Under the pieces are notes generated by a model, which ran no database searches, was not told where the DNA came from, and saw only the letters and a list, made by a program, of their open reading frames with translations. DNA of 64,000 nt. It comes from a bacterium. GTDB lineage: Bacteria > SAR324 > NAC60-12. The position numbers and the translations under genes are program-made. The number at the start of each line of letters is the position of its first letter. The first letter of the stretch is position 1. The DNA lies in contig CBDBHR010000026.1 of the NCBI GenBank assembly GCA_965205865.1, forward strand, positions 160,001-224,000, given 5' to 3'. Positions 50,580-60,589 of this stretch are shown one piece after another.

Positions 50580-51602
50580 AAAGAATTTCTGCTGGTCTTT
50601 CGTTTTCCTTTGTGATAGTTTTCAAGAAATCGCCTTTTGCTGAAGGTTTTATTTCAATGTCGCTCCTATTTATTTAGCCGAAAGTCAGGTAAAACCTCAT
50701 ATCCTCACCAGAGGATTTTTAGAAACGGTCAACGGGGAATTGAACAGTGCCAAAAATGTTGACTTCTGTATCTCAATATGAAAAGTAATTTCGTTGATCT
50801 TTAGAAGACACTCATGAATGAATGAGTCGCCCTATTTAAAAAAAGTTTGACAACCATTTGCAGAGCGATTAAATATTATTCCAGGGACGGAAGGGCAATA
50901 ATGCGATCTTTCGATTTAACACATCGGCGGACCGTCAGGATGACAAGAAGGCCTAAAATTAACCTGTTTCAAGTATAAAAGAATCTTGACAGTAAGGTAG
51001 CTATGAGAGTAAACTCAAAATACCAGTTCCCAGTTCCCAGTTCCCAGTTCCCAGTTCCCAGTTCCCAGTTCCCAGTTCCCAGTTCCCAGTAATAAGTTCC
51101 AAGCAACAAGTCACAAGTCCCCAATCCCAAGTTCTACCTCCTTATATTATCTCGACATCAGGGAGAGATCCTTAAGAACCCTCGTTCCCCGTTCCGGGAA
51201 CGGAACGGCAATGGGGAATTTGGAAAATCAACGGCGCCTGAGTGCGTCGGTTTATGGTTCATTGCCCAATCCTGGAGGCAATGAATCGGTTTTTTGATCA
51301 CTTGAAAATGAAGGAGACCCAATGTGTAGAGCAATCGTCGAGAACCTGCTTTCGGGAACGAAAGCAGGTTTTAAAGCAACCCGCAATCTTGTTTTTAATC
51401 AAAAAGCAGAAAGGAGCACCATGAACCGTCAAAAAAGTAGAGGAATCGTCGAGAACGTGCTTTCAGGAACGAAAGCAGGTTTTAAAGCAATCCTTAATTT
51501 TGAACATGCAATCGAAAGGAAAAAGATGTTTAATCAAAAAGGCAGCTCAAAATTGAGCGCAACCCTGCTTGCTCTCATCCTGGGAGCAAGCGTCTTCATG
51601 GC
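50580..51602 (+). repeat. SBP upstream module copy 2 plus truncated signal peptide (ATG 51526)
   Basis: Homologous to 4131-5277 and ~55500-56331; CCAGTTC x9 at 51023-51085. Confidence 0.88.
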
Positions 51603-51769
51603 AAGCAGGTTATGGTGGTTTTGGTGTCAATATTTCTCTCATACCAGAGACCATTCAGTACATTAAAAAACAAGAAGAGCACCATCGAAAAATATCGTTT
51701 GAGGAAGAATTAGTCCAATTTCTCCGCAAGCATAATATTGAATATGATGAGCATTATATTTGGGAGTAA
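51599..51769 (+). pseudogene. C-terminal fragment of an IS200/IS605-like (Y1/RAYT-type) transposase
   Basis: WQAGYGGF...YIKKQEEHH...FEEE...YDEHYIW. Confidence 0.8.
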
Positions 51770-51790
51770 CTCGCTAGATCGAAGAAGTGT

Positions 51791-52019
51791 CGTCCCTCCT
51801 GGACTAGCTGAGGAGGAGAGGGGGTTCCTTTCCCAGCGATGAATCGCTGGGCTATTCCCTTTCGTCCCTCCTGGACTAGCTGAGGAGGAGAGGGTTCCAT
51901 TCCCAGCGATGAATCGCTGGGCTATTCCCTTTCGTCCCTCTGGGACTAGCTGAGGAGGAGAGGGGGTTCCATTCCCAGCGATGAATCGCTGGGCTATTCC
52001 CTTTCGTCCCTCCAGGACT
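51791..52019. repeat. REP-like tandem array: three 70-72 bp units plus a partial unit
   Basis: Units start at 51791, 51863, 51933 and 52005; each full unit has GTCCCTCCTGGAC (or a close variant) and CCCAGCGATGAATCGCTGGG hairpins. Confidence 0.88.
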
Positions 52020-52041
52020 GAATTATAGAAAAATCAAGAAT

Positions 52042-52820
52042 ATGAACAACACCCAAGAGACACCCTCCTCCATCCATGAGCCCAAACGTCGGGGCCGGTT
52101 TGCGGATTTCTTCATCAGGCTGTGGAGGGAGAAACCGCTGGGGACCTTCGGCGGGATGATCGTATTGATCTTGATTTTTGTCGCGATCTTTGCCGATGCG
52201 CTGATGCCTTATCCCTATGACGAAATACACCTGATAGACCGGCTTCAGGGTCCATCTTCCGGTATCTCCTGGGGACCGACCAGTTGGGGCGAGACCTCCT
52301 GAGCCGCCTGATCGTCGGGGCTCAAATTTCCTTAACCGTCGGTCTGGCGGCAACCGCGCTCAATGTGTTCATGGCGATCCTGATCGGCAGCCTTTCCGGA
52401 TTTCTGGGAGGGAAAGTGGACCTGGCTGCGCAACGCTTCGTTGATGCCTGGATGGCCTTCCCGGGACTGCTCCTGTTGTTAACCATCATGTCCATCGCCG
52501 GGCGGGGTCTCCCCCAGATCATCGTGGTGCTGGGGGTCACCGGAGGCATCGGCGGCTCCCGAGTCATCCGAGGCGCCGTGGTGGCCATTAAAGAGAATGA
52601 CTATTTTCTGGCAGCCAGGGCCGTGCACTCCCACGCGCCATATCCTGATCCGGCTTGTCCTGCCCAATATCATGGCGCCCCTCATCATCATCTTCTCGAT
52701 CAACATTGGCGGCGTTATCATTGCCGAGGCATCGCTGAGCTTCCTCGGATTCGGGCTGCCCGTCGAGATACCCAGCTGGGGAGGCATGCTCAGCCGGGAA
52801 GGACGCCTGTACATGGAGAG
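52042..52820 (+). pseudogene. dppC: Frameshifted, 3'-truncated dppC paralog
   Basis: DppC motifs spread over three frames. Confidence 0.88.
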
Positions 52821-52849
52821 TGCGCCTGCAAGATTGCAGAACGGATCAC

Positions 52850-53007
52850 TGGGCCGTCCCTTCGACCCTCCGGAAGTGTGGAGTGCTGGCGCGACCTATA
52901 ACAAAGACCTGAGCCAGGCGTCAGAAAATTACGTTAGGATCTATCAGGCAGAGCGCCCGATGCTTTTCTTCAAGGCAACGCCACAACGATGTATCGGCCC
53001 CTTCGAA
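52850..53007 (+). pseudogene. Fragment of a fumarylacetoacetate-hydrolase-family gene
   Basis: PEVWSAGATY...YVRIYQAERPMLFFKATP. Confidence 0.65.
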
Positions 53008-53109
53008 CAAACCTGTGATTGGTGCAATGAATTATAAATTTAGCAAAATTCTTGAATCGAAGCGGCTGTGGTGGGAATCTGTTGCATCGACTTGTTCGAG
53101 GCTTTTTCT

Positions 53110-53409
53110 TTAACTTGCCTTTGCTTCAAAATCTTCTGAATAAATTGAAGGAATATCTGAAATAACCAAATCCTCTCTTCCTACGCTCCTCAAGAGTCCT
53201 GAAATGGATAAATCTTCGTCTAATATAGGCCAATGCACTCCAATTCCATCGCTATCTATTTCAAAAATTTTCAAATGCTCTTCTTTCGCTTTTTGCAATA
53301 ATATTGATCCGGAATTTTCAAGAGGGACCCTAATATTTTCTCCTTTTATCATAAAAGAAATTTCTTCTGGAGTTACCATGAAATCCTGAATGTCATATAT
53401 TTTATTCAT
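53110..53409 (-). CDS. DUF2442-family protein (TA-like pair with DUF4160)
   Basis: GIGVHWPILDEDLSISGLL. Confidence 0.82.
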   Translation of the reverse strand: MNKIYDIQDFMVTPEEISFMIKGENIRVPLENSGSILLQKAKEEHLKIFEIDSDGIGVHWPILDEDLSISGLLRSVGREDLVISDIPSIYSEDFEAKAS

Positions 53410-53670
53410 TTATCCTCTTTCCGTTTTTCTTTCAAATTCATTCCATGCCTCAATGATCATATCAAAGTGATCAAAGATAATTTTTCGTACTTCACGAATC
53501 TCGGATGGAGTCATACGTCGAGTATAAGCGGGTTTGATGTCATATTCATCAATTAATATCCAAAATTTACAGTTTGCGCTACCTTTTTTCCCATGAATAT
53601 GAATAGGTTCGTTTCCTTCATTGGCAAAGAAGAAAATTCGCCATCCCTTAATGCTGAATATTGTTGGCAT
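53410..53670 (-). CDS. DUF4160-family protein
   Basis: MPTIFSIKGWRIFFFANEGNEPIHIH...KFW. Confidence 0.85.
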   Translation of the reverse strand: MPTIFSIKGWRIFFFANEGNEPIHIHGKKGSANCKFWILIDEYDIKPAYTRRMTPSEIREVRKIIFDHFDMIIEAWNEFERKTERG

Positions 53671-53722
53671 ATGCTTTGTCTTAATTCATAAATTATCTAA
53701 CTGTATGATGTCGGTTTTTCAC

Positions 53723-53847
53723 CTCGAACGTTTAGCTCACCCGCGCCCACCCGATAATGACCATTGGAATAGAGATGAACTGACAGTCTGCCACAAAACT
53801 TGGTGAAAAGCTCAAGGGTGGGCGTCCAGTGAACAGCCTGGTTAGCA
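53723..53847 (+). other. Integron attC-like recombination site, 125 bp
   Basis: CTCGAAC...GCTCACCCGCGCCCACCC...GGGTGGGCGTCCAGTGAACAGCCTG-GTTAGCA; its R'' is complementary to the upstream GTTCGAG at 53094-53100. Confidence 0.75.
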
Positions 53848-53904
53848 CTTTTTTTCTTGAATTATTACATGCGTGGCTGTCATGAGAAATGGAGGGAAAA
53901 GAGC

Positions 53905-54153
53905 TTATACATCCGGATCAATTCCTGCTTTTTTGAGTAACTCTCGTAAACAATTCCGGTCATTTTGTACTTCTTCTTTGAGCTTCCGTTCCTCTTCCTC
54001 CCTCCGCAGAGCCTCTTCTTTGTCTTGTAGGGCATCTTCTAAAAGTTGTTGCCTTGTTTGTTCTTCACGGATGGCATTTTGACGGGCTTGGTATAAATGA
54101 TAATTCGCTTCTTTTTCTGAAAATCTCTCCAGGACTGCCATGGCTTGCCTCAT
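53905..54153 (-). pseudogene. C-terminal fragment of an Rpn / PD-(D/E)xK putative transposase
   Basis: MRQAMAVLERFSEKEANYHLYQARQNAIRE, charged tail ending LKKAGIDP. Confidence 0.6.
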
Positions 54154-54386
54154 GTGTAGACACAATCGACTGTTGGAGAAATGCGATGTTTCACAATGAT
54201 ACTCCTCAAAGAAGGGAACAAGAGAGCACTTGTTTTCAATCAGTATATCAAAGCGTTTGGGCAACACCTCATCAACCTATTGAAAAACTTACAAAAAAGC
54301 GCAGAACCAGGCTCACCTCAAGCGTTTTGTTGGGCTGAGACCTACCAACCATCATTAAGTTGGTCAGTGAACTCAACACCAGGCAG

Positions 54387-54695
54387 TTAGCTAGTTCCCT
54401 TTAGTTTTTTTCTGATCCAAGCAGGATCTCGGCGCATTGGTAGAATAGAAACAACTTGAACAACAGCATCCTTTGTTTCGTAGTAGATTGCGTAGGGAAA
54501 TCTTTTGGACAACATTCGATGAAAGCCAAATATTTTTATGTGGATACCTGCGAACAGGACAAGAGATTCGATATCCGCAATTAGGCTATCCCAGAAATAA
54601 TCTCCAACACCTTGTTCTTTGTGAGCATAAAAATCCTTCCTCTCTTTCAAATCATCATAAGCCTCCTTTAGTACTCTAATTTCTTTTATCTTCAT
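54387..54695 (-). CDS. RelE/ParE-family toxin
   Basis: EAYDDL...FY...GVGDYF, KRFPYAIYY, MRRDPAW. Confidence 0.85.
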   Translation of the reverse strand: MKIKEIRVLKEAYDDLKERKDFYAHKEQGVGDYFWDSLIADIESLVLFAGIHIKIFGFHRMLSKRFPYAIYYETKDAVVQVVSILPMRRDPAWIRKKLKGTS

Positions 54696-54898
54696 GATTG
54701 ATGGCTCGATTTCAACGCTTCTAAAGTCATGAATTCCGTTCTATCGCTTTCCATTTGTTTTTTTCGTTCTTCCAGCACCTCTCCATGCCACTTTGGAGAT
54801 TCAATCTCTGATTCATCTTCCAGGAGTGAATCCCAGAGGGCTTCCATGGATTGAAGGCGTTCAATCGTGCTCATTTTTTTGATCTCAGTGATATTCAT
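54692..54898 (-). CDS. Addiction-module antitoxin
   Basis: ERLQSMEALWDSL...SPKWHGEVLEER; ATGA overlap with the toxin. Confidence 0.85.
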   Translation of the reverse strand: MNITEIKKMSTIERLQSMEALWDSLLEDESEIESPKWHGEVLEERKKQMESDRTEFMTLEALKSSHQS

Positions 54899-55105
54899 TT
54901 TTTATCCTTTCATGTTGTTCTCGATGATCCCCTTCTGACTCGAAATGAAGAGTTTTTCCATTTGAAATACCCTTGTAAAATTTTATCATAAATAATGGAA
55001 AAGTGAATCATCGGTATTTTGCGAGAATTTTTTGCAGAGCCCCTCACCATTCTTCTGCCTCGGTCAATGCTTTTTCAGCTTCGTTTTCAGGAACATGAAG
55101 GGTGA

Positions 55106-55248
55106 GCCCATCGTCCTTAAAATGATGCGCTCTGAATCCCATGCTTTTCGTTCCGGGAAGGGCAGGATTGCCCCGTATTTTCAAGGACTGACACAGAGAA
55201 GAGCGAGGATCAAGTCCGGGATGACACCAGCACTCGCCCCTGAGGAAT
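55106..55248 (+). repeat. ~143-bp repeat, copy of 15795-15938
   Basis: Direct sequence comparison. Confidence 0.85.
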
Positions 55249-55778
55249 TAAGAGGAGCAAAAAAATTCGATTGACCTCCTCTAAATATTGTTATATAGAG
55301 AGGATACTGAAGGGGATCATGAAATCTACCAGGATATTGCCATCATCGTTCTTTTGTGATAGTTCTCGAGAAATCGCCTTGGGCTGACGGTTTTTAAGAA
55401 TTTCGGCTTTTTTTTCGTTTTTTTTTTTGATAATTTTCAACGAAAACGCCTTGGGCTGACGGAAGGGCACTTTTGATAGTTCTCACGAAAACGCCTTTGG
55501 TTGAAAGTTTTTAAGAATTTCTGCTGGTCTTTATTTTTCCATTGTGATAGTTTTCAAGAAATCGCCTTTTGTTGAAGGTTTTATTTCAATTTCGCTCCTA
55601 TTTATTTAGCCGAAAGTCAGGTAAAACCTCATATCCTCACCAGAGGATTTTTAGAAACGGTCAACGGGGAATTGAAAAGTGCCAAAATTGTTGACTTCTG
55701 TATCTCAATATGAAAAGTAATTTCGTTGATCTTTAGAAGACACTCATGAATGAATGAGTCGCCCTATTTAAAAAAAGA

Positions 55779-55807
55779 TTGACAACCATTTGCAGAGCGA
55801 TTATAAA
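55779..55807 (+). promoter_or_regulatory. Sigma70-like promoter
   Basis: TTGACA-17-TATAAA; copy 1 has TTGATA-17-TACAAT at the equivalent place. Confidence 0.5.
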
Positions 55808-55904
55808 TATTATTCCAGGGACGGAAGGGCAATAATGCGATCTTTCGCTTTGCCCAGGATGACATGAAAGTCTGAAATTAACCTGTTTCAAGTATAAGAG
55901 AATC

Positions 55905-55934
55905 TTGACAATAAGGTAGCTATGAGAGTAAACT
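55905..55934 (+). promoter_or_regulatory. Second sigma70-like promoter just upstream of the heptamer tract
   Basis: TTGACA-18-TAAACT, also present in copy 2. Confidence 0.5.
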
Positions 55935-56331
55935 CAAAAACCAGTTCCCAGTTCCCAGTTCCCAGTTCCCAGTTCCCAGTTCCCAGTTCCCAGTTCCCAG
56001 TTCCCGTAATAAGTTCCAAGCAACAAGTCACAAGTCCCCAATCCCAAGTTCTACCCCCTTATATTATCTCGACATCAGGGAGAGATCCCTAAGATTCCTC
56101 GTTCCCCGTTCCGGAAACGGAACGGCAATGGGGAATTTGGAAAATCATTGGCGCCAGAGTGCGTCGGTTTATGGTTCATTGCCCAATCCTGGAGCCAATG
56201 AATCGGTTTTTTGATCACTTGAAAATGAAGGAGACCCAATGTGTAGAGAAATCGTCGAGAACGTGCTTTCGGGAACGAAAGCAGGTTTTAAAGCAATCCT
56301 TAATTTTGAACATGCAATCGAAAGGAAAAAG

Positions 56332-58104
56332 ATGTTTAATCAAAAAAGCAAATCAACCTTCAGTGCAACACTGCTGGCTCTCATCCTGGGAGCAAGCGTT
56401 TTCATGGCTGGTCAGGTCTGGGCAGCCAAGTATGTGACGGACCCGACCACCGGCAAGGTGGTAACCGCGCCAGAGTATGGCGGGACAATAACCTTCGCCA
56501 ATAAAGGTGAGGCGGCGGGTCCTGACGTCTTGGTCTCTGGTATGTGGGGGTCGCAGTACGTATCTGGCGTTTTAGAGAAGCTGGTCATTGGGGACTGGGC
56601 AACGCCCAGAGACAAATGGGACTTCCAGTTTCACAACGTTCCAACTAACACGATAGGGCAGCTGGCTGAAAGCTGGTCGCAGCCCGACCCACTGACTTAT
56701 ATCGTCAAAATCCGCCAGGGCGTTCACTGGCATGATAAGGCACCGATGAACGGTCGGGAGCTGACTGCCGATGACATCGTCTATAACTATCACCGTTATA
56801 CGGGTACGGGCAGCGGCTTCACCGAACTTAGCGAATTTGCTACTCAGTTCAAAGGTGTGCAAGTGGAATCGATAACGGCCACCGACAAATGGACGGTTGT
56901 TATGAAGCTGAAGGAGCTAAACCTCAGTGCGCTGGCTGTTATCCTCGACGGCCAGCTTGGCTGGATATATTCCCCCGAGGTAATCAAGGAACACGGGGAC
57001 AGTGCGGATTGGAAGAACCTGGTCGGCACCGGACCCTTTATGCTGACTGACTGGACCGAGGGCAGCTCTATCACCTGGGACAAGAATCCTGACTACTGGG
57101 GCTTCGACGAAAAATACCCGGAGTACCGCCTGCCCTATATTGACCGGTTAAGGGCTCTGATTATGCCCGAAGTGGCAACAATTATGGCAGCACTGCGCAC
57201 GGGTAAGCTTGATTACATAGGTCAGATCGGCGAGACTCAAATCAGGACTCTCGACCAGGTAGAGAGCCTCCAGAAGACCAACCCCGAAATCGTGATATGG
57301 ACATTCCATTTTCGGTCGGAAAATAGTTTTGGTATGAACGTTCAGTTGCCGCCCTTTGACGACATCAGGGTGCGCAAGGCCATGCAGATGGCAATTGACC
57401 TCGAGACAATCAACAACGCCTACTTCAAGGGTTATGCAGATATAGTACCTCAGGGGCAGGTGCAGCGCATATTGACAGAGTTTGCCACCCCATTTGAAGA
57501 GTGGCCCGAAGATGTCAAGAAAGTCTTTGACTACGACCCGGAAGGTGCCGAAGCGTTGCTTGATGAGGCCGGATATCCTCGTGGTGCCGACGGCATTAGA
57601 TTCAAGACCGAGTTGATGCAGCTCGAGCGGTACGATTTGAACTATGCAGAATTAGTCGCTTCATACTGGGCTAAGATTGGCGTTGATGTAGAGATTCAAG
57701 TAGCGTCAGGAGCTGAGTTTGGCCCTAGAAGAAGTGAGGGGGATTTCGAAATGGTCAATGCGGAAGCGGCCATGAGGTATTTCCCATTGATACTACAAGC
57801 TCGCTATGCGACGGGCGTTGGATGGAACAGCTCCAATAGCAGCGACCCGGTTTATGACGCCATGTATGAAGCCGGCGGAAAGGCTACCACCATCGAGGAG
57901 CTGTACAGGATGAGTAAAGAGATGAATCAGTATGCGATAGAGAAGTTCTGGACCATATGGGGTCCTATGGCCCCAAATTACGTGGCGAACCAGCCGTGGG
58001 TCAAAGGTTTTAACGGTGAATATAAGATAGGAAACGGTGATTATAAGGCTGTCTTCGCCCGCCTCTGGATTGATAGTGAGCTGAAGGAAGCAATGGGTCA
58101 TTAG
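56332..58104 (+). CDS. ABC transporter family-5 substrate-binding protein (paralog 3)
   Basis: Signal peptide, PEYGGTI, QLAESWS, GTGPFML, FARLWIDSELKEAMGH. Confidence 0.92.
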   Translation: MFNQKSKSTFSATLLALILGASVFMAGQVWAAKYVTDPTTGKVVTAPEYGGTITFANKGEAAGPDVLVSGMWGSQYVSGVLEKLVIGDWATPRDKWDFQFHNVPTNTIGQLAESWSQPDPLTYIVKIRQGVHWHDKAPMNGRELTADDIVYNYHRYTGTGSGFTELSEFATQFKGVQVESITATDKWTVVMKLKELNLSALAVILDGQLGWIYSPEVIKEHGDSADWKNLVGTGPFMLTDWTEGSSITWDKNPDYWGFDEKYPEYRLPYIDRLRALIMPEVATIMAALRTGKLDYIGQIGETQIRTLDQVESLQKTNPEIVIWTFHFRSENSFGMNVQLPPFDDIRVRKAMQMAIDLETINNAYFKGYADIVPQGQVQRILTEFATPFEEWPEDVKKVFDYDPEGAEALLDEAGYPRGADGIRFKTELMQLERYDLNYAELVASYWAKIGVDVEIQVASGAEFGPRRSEGDFEMVNAEAAMRYFPLILQARYATGVGWNSSNSSDPVYDAMYEAGGKATTIEELYRMSKEMNQYAIEKFWTIWGPMAPNYVANQPWVKGFNGEYKIGNGDYKAVFARLWIDSELKEAMGH

Positions 58105-58139
58105 GGGTTTCGCCCCTTGTGGCTGACCTCAGGGAAAGA

Positions 58140-58540
58140 GGGAGCTGGGAAGCGCAAGCTTCCCAGCTCCCATACTCATTGAATAATGAGATTCTTACTC
58201 TCATTGCGAGGCTTGTCCTGAACCGAAGCTCTGAGTGCAGCGAAGAGGCAGTGAAGGAACTTGAGGAAGCCCCGATAGTCTACTGTCTCAGAAGTGCGCT
58301 TAACAAACAGAAAGCCTTCGGCGGCCCTTCGACGGGCTCAGGGCGAACGGAGTGTTGGCTTTTCCCGTTCACGGGGTGTTGGCTTTTCCCGTTCGTGGTG
58401 AGCCTGTCGAACCATAGGCCCCCTCCGGAACACGATGCGATTTATGCAACGAACTTCCGAGTCGGGACAATAGAATCAGGGCTGGCAATGACAAAAGAGG
58501 GGTGGCAATGACGAAAGAAATGACGGGGGAGATCGCAATG
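58140..58540. repeat. Cluster of nested REP/MITE-like palindromes
   Basis: GGGAGCTGGGAAGC..GCTTCCCAGCTCCC; CCCTTCGACGGGCTCAGGGCGAACGG / CCGTTCGTGGTGAGCCTGTCGAACC; TCATTGCGAG..GCAATGAC. Confidence 0.7.
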
Positions 58541-58551
58541 AGATGTATCAC

Positions 58552-59505
58552 ATGAGAGCCTATATCATCAGGCGGTTACTGCTGATAATCCCCACCCTGT
58601 TTATATTGACCATCCTGGTCTTTCTCTCCGTCCGCTTCATCCCCGGCGATGTAATAGACGCAATGGTGATGAAGATGGAATGGTACGGGGAGGTTGACCG
58701 TGAAGCTCTTGAGCGTCGGCTGGGATTAGACGTGCCTGTCTACGTGCAGTATGGACGCTGGATAGGAGATATTTTCCGGCACGGTAGCCTTGGCGAAACA
58801 CTGATGGGCCGTGGGGCGGTGGAGGAGAAGATAATAGATAGACTGCCGGTAACCATTGAGCTTGGCCTCATGGCAATCGTGATCGGGCTGGTGATCGCGC
58901 TGCCCGTTGGCATCTACTCGGCGATTCGCCAGGATACGGCCGCCGACTACCTGGGGCGTTCCGCCGCCATCATCGGCCTGGCTACGCCGAACTTCTGGCT
59001 GGGCATTATGGTGATGATATTCCCAGCAATCTGGTGGGGCTGGTCGCCACCGATGGAGTGGGTTCCTTTCACCGAAGACCCACTGGGGAATCTGGCGGTG
59101 TTCATCATTCCCAGCCTGATTCTGGGGACGGCCTCCTCGGCTGCCACCATGCGGATGACGCGCACCATGATGCTGGAGGTGCTCCGGCAGGACTATATCC
59201 GCACTGCCTGGTCCAAGGGGCTCCGGGAACGGGTCGTGATTATCCGGCACAGCATCAAAAATGCCCTCATCCCGGTGGTGACTCTGATCGGCTTGCAGTT
59301 GCCTATCCTGGTAGGAGGCGCCGTTATCATGGAGAACATCTTCAACCTGCCGGGGCTCGGTCGTCTCTTGGTGAATGCCCTCCAAAACCGGGACTATCCG
59401 ATGGTCTCCGGAATCAACCTGTTTTTCGCCACCGGGGTGGTGCTGATCAATCTCCTCATCGACCTGATTTATCCTTATTTGGATCCGAGAGTAAGGTATG
59501 AATAA
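58552..59505 (+). CDS. dppB: ABC permease DppB/OppB type (paralog 3)
   Basis: Full-length paralog of 9436-10389. Confidence 0.92.
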   Translation: MRAYIIRRLLLIIPTLFILTILVFLSVRFIPGDVIDAMVMKMEWYGEVDREALERRLGLDVPVYVQYGRWIGDIFRHGSLGETLMGRGAVEEKIIDRLPVTIELGLMAIVIGLVIALPVGIYSAIRQDTAADYLGRSAAIIGLATPNFWLGIMVMIFPAIWWGWSPPMEWVPFTEDPLGNLAVFIIPSLILGTASSAATMRMTRTMMLEVLRQDYIRTAWSKGLRERVVIIRHSIKNALIPVVTLIGLQLPILVGGAVIMENIFNLPGLGRLLVNALQNRDYPMVSGINLFFATGVVLINLLIDLIYPYLDPRVRYE

Positions 59506-59626
59506 TCGCTGGCGCTCTGGCCAGGGGTTTGCCTGACGATTGTCGTCTACAGTCTCAACATGTTCGGCGATGCCATGCGGGATCTGCTTGATCACAGGCT
59601 ACGGGGCGGTCAGGGCAGTTATGGCA
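59498..59626 (+). pseudogene. dppC: dppC with almost the whole gene deleted
   Basis: Start ATGAATAAT joined to the terminal LALWPG...NMFGDAMRDLLD. Confidence 0.8.
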
Positions 59627-59732
59627 AACACTCCGTCTTGTCGATTTCTATCCTGATCTTTTGTTCCTTCAAGAGTGCCCAACGAGATTGCTTCGCAAGG
59701 GGGCCGCCCAGGCCTCGCATTGACGGGTCAAT

Positions 59733-60107
59733 CTGGAGGTGCTCCGGCAGGACTATATCCGAACGGCCTGGTCCAAGGGGCTCAAGGAGCGGTCCGTGGT
59801 GATCCGACACGCCGTCAAGAATGCCCTCATCCCGATGGTGACGCGTTCAGCTAGGCTTTTTGGCCGCGCTGCGGCCGCCTAACTTCTCTGCGGCCTGCAG
59901 TTGCCAATCCTGGTCGGGGGCGCCGTGATCATGGAGAACATCTTCAACCTGCCGGGGATCGGTCGTCTCCTGGTGAATGCCCTCAATGACCGGGACTACC
60001 CGATGGTCTCCGGAGTCAACCTGTTTTTCGCCACCGGGGTGGTGCTGCTCAATCTCCTCATCGATCTGATTTATCCCTACCCGGACCCGAAAGTGCGGTA
60101 TGAATAA
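59733..60107 (+). pseudogene. dppB: dppB 3' fragment with a short insertion
   Basis: [17 protein letters not shown] ... LPILVGGAVIMENIF...DPKVRYE. Confidence 0.82.
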
Positions 60108-60226
60108 GGCCAGCAGGCGGTGCCTTCATAACACCCGCGATTTTTTGTAGCACACTTACCTCCGGGATAGGGGACTGCTTTAGGGGTCCATTTGATCTCA
60201 TCTGAAAGAAAGCGTGTTTGGAGCGG

Positions 60227-60589
60227 TTAATCAATCAGCTTCTGTTTAATTTGTTCGACTTCTTTAGCAAGCTCTCGGCTAATCTTGTTCAGAATGCCTT
60301 CTATGTCCCGTCGTCCATGTAGGATAGTCACCACAATAATACCGTTTTCAATCGATTCGTACACCGCAAAATATTTGGCAACCGGGGCCATTAAATAGGA
60401 AGTTGCACGTTTTTGACGTTTTTTCCCAATGTCAGGGTTGCTCGCTATCCGTTGAAGTGAAAAAAAGAGGGAATCCATGTAGGTATCCGCAACCACTTCT
60501 CCCCAAGTATCAACCGAGTACTGGTAAATTTCACGCAAATCAGAGGCAGCCCGTCGGGTTAAATAATAATCAGCCAATTTTATTGCCAA
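60227..60589 (-). CDS. ParE/RelE-family toxin
   Basis: LTRRAASDLREIYQYS..WG...ILHGRRDI. Confidence 0.85.
   Translation of the reverse strand: MAIKLADYYLTRRAASDLREIYQYSVDTWGEVVADTYMDSLFFSLQRIASNPDIGKKRQKRATSYLMAPVAKYFAVYESIENGIIVVTILHGRRDIEGILNKISRELAKEVEQIKQKLID

Larger units (their letters stand above)
55345..56331 (+). repeat. SBP upstream module copy 3
   Basis: Near-identical to 50580-51525; CCAGTTC x9 at 55941-56003; only one leader repeat. Confidence 0.88.

Noticed and set aside
51791-52019. Possible CRISPR array
   Set aside because: The intervening segments are essentially identical rather than unique spacers, there are no cas genes, and it fits a REP array next to a Y1 transposase fragment.
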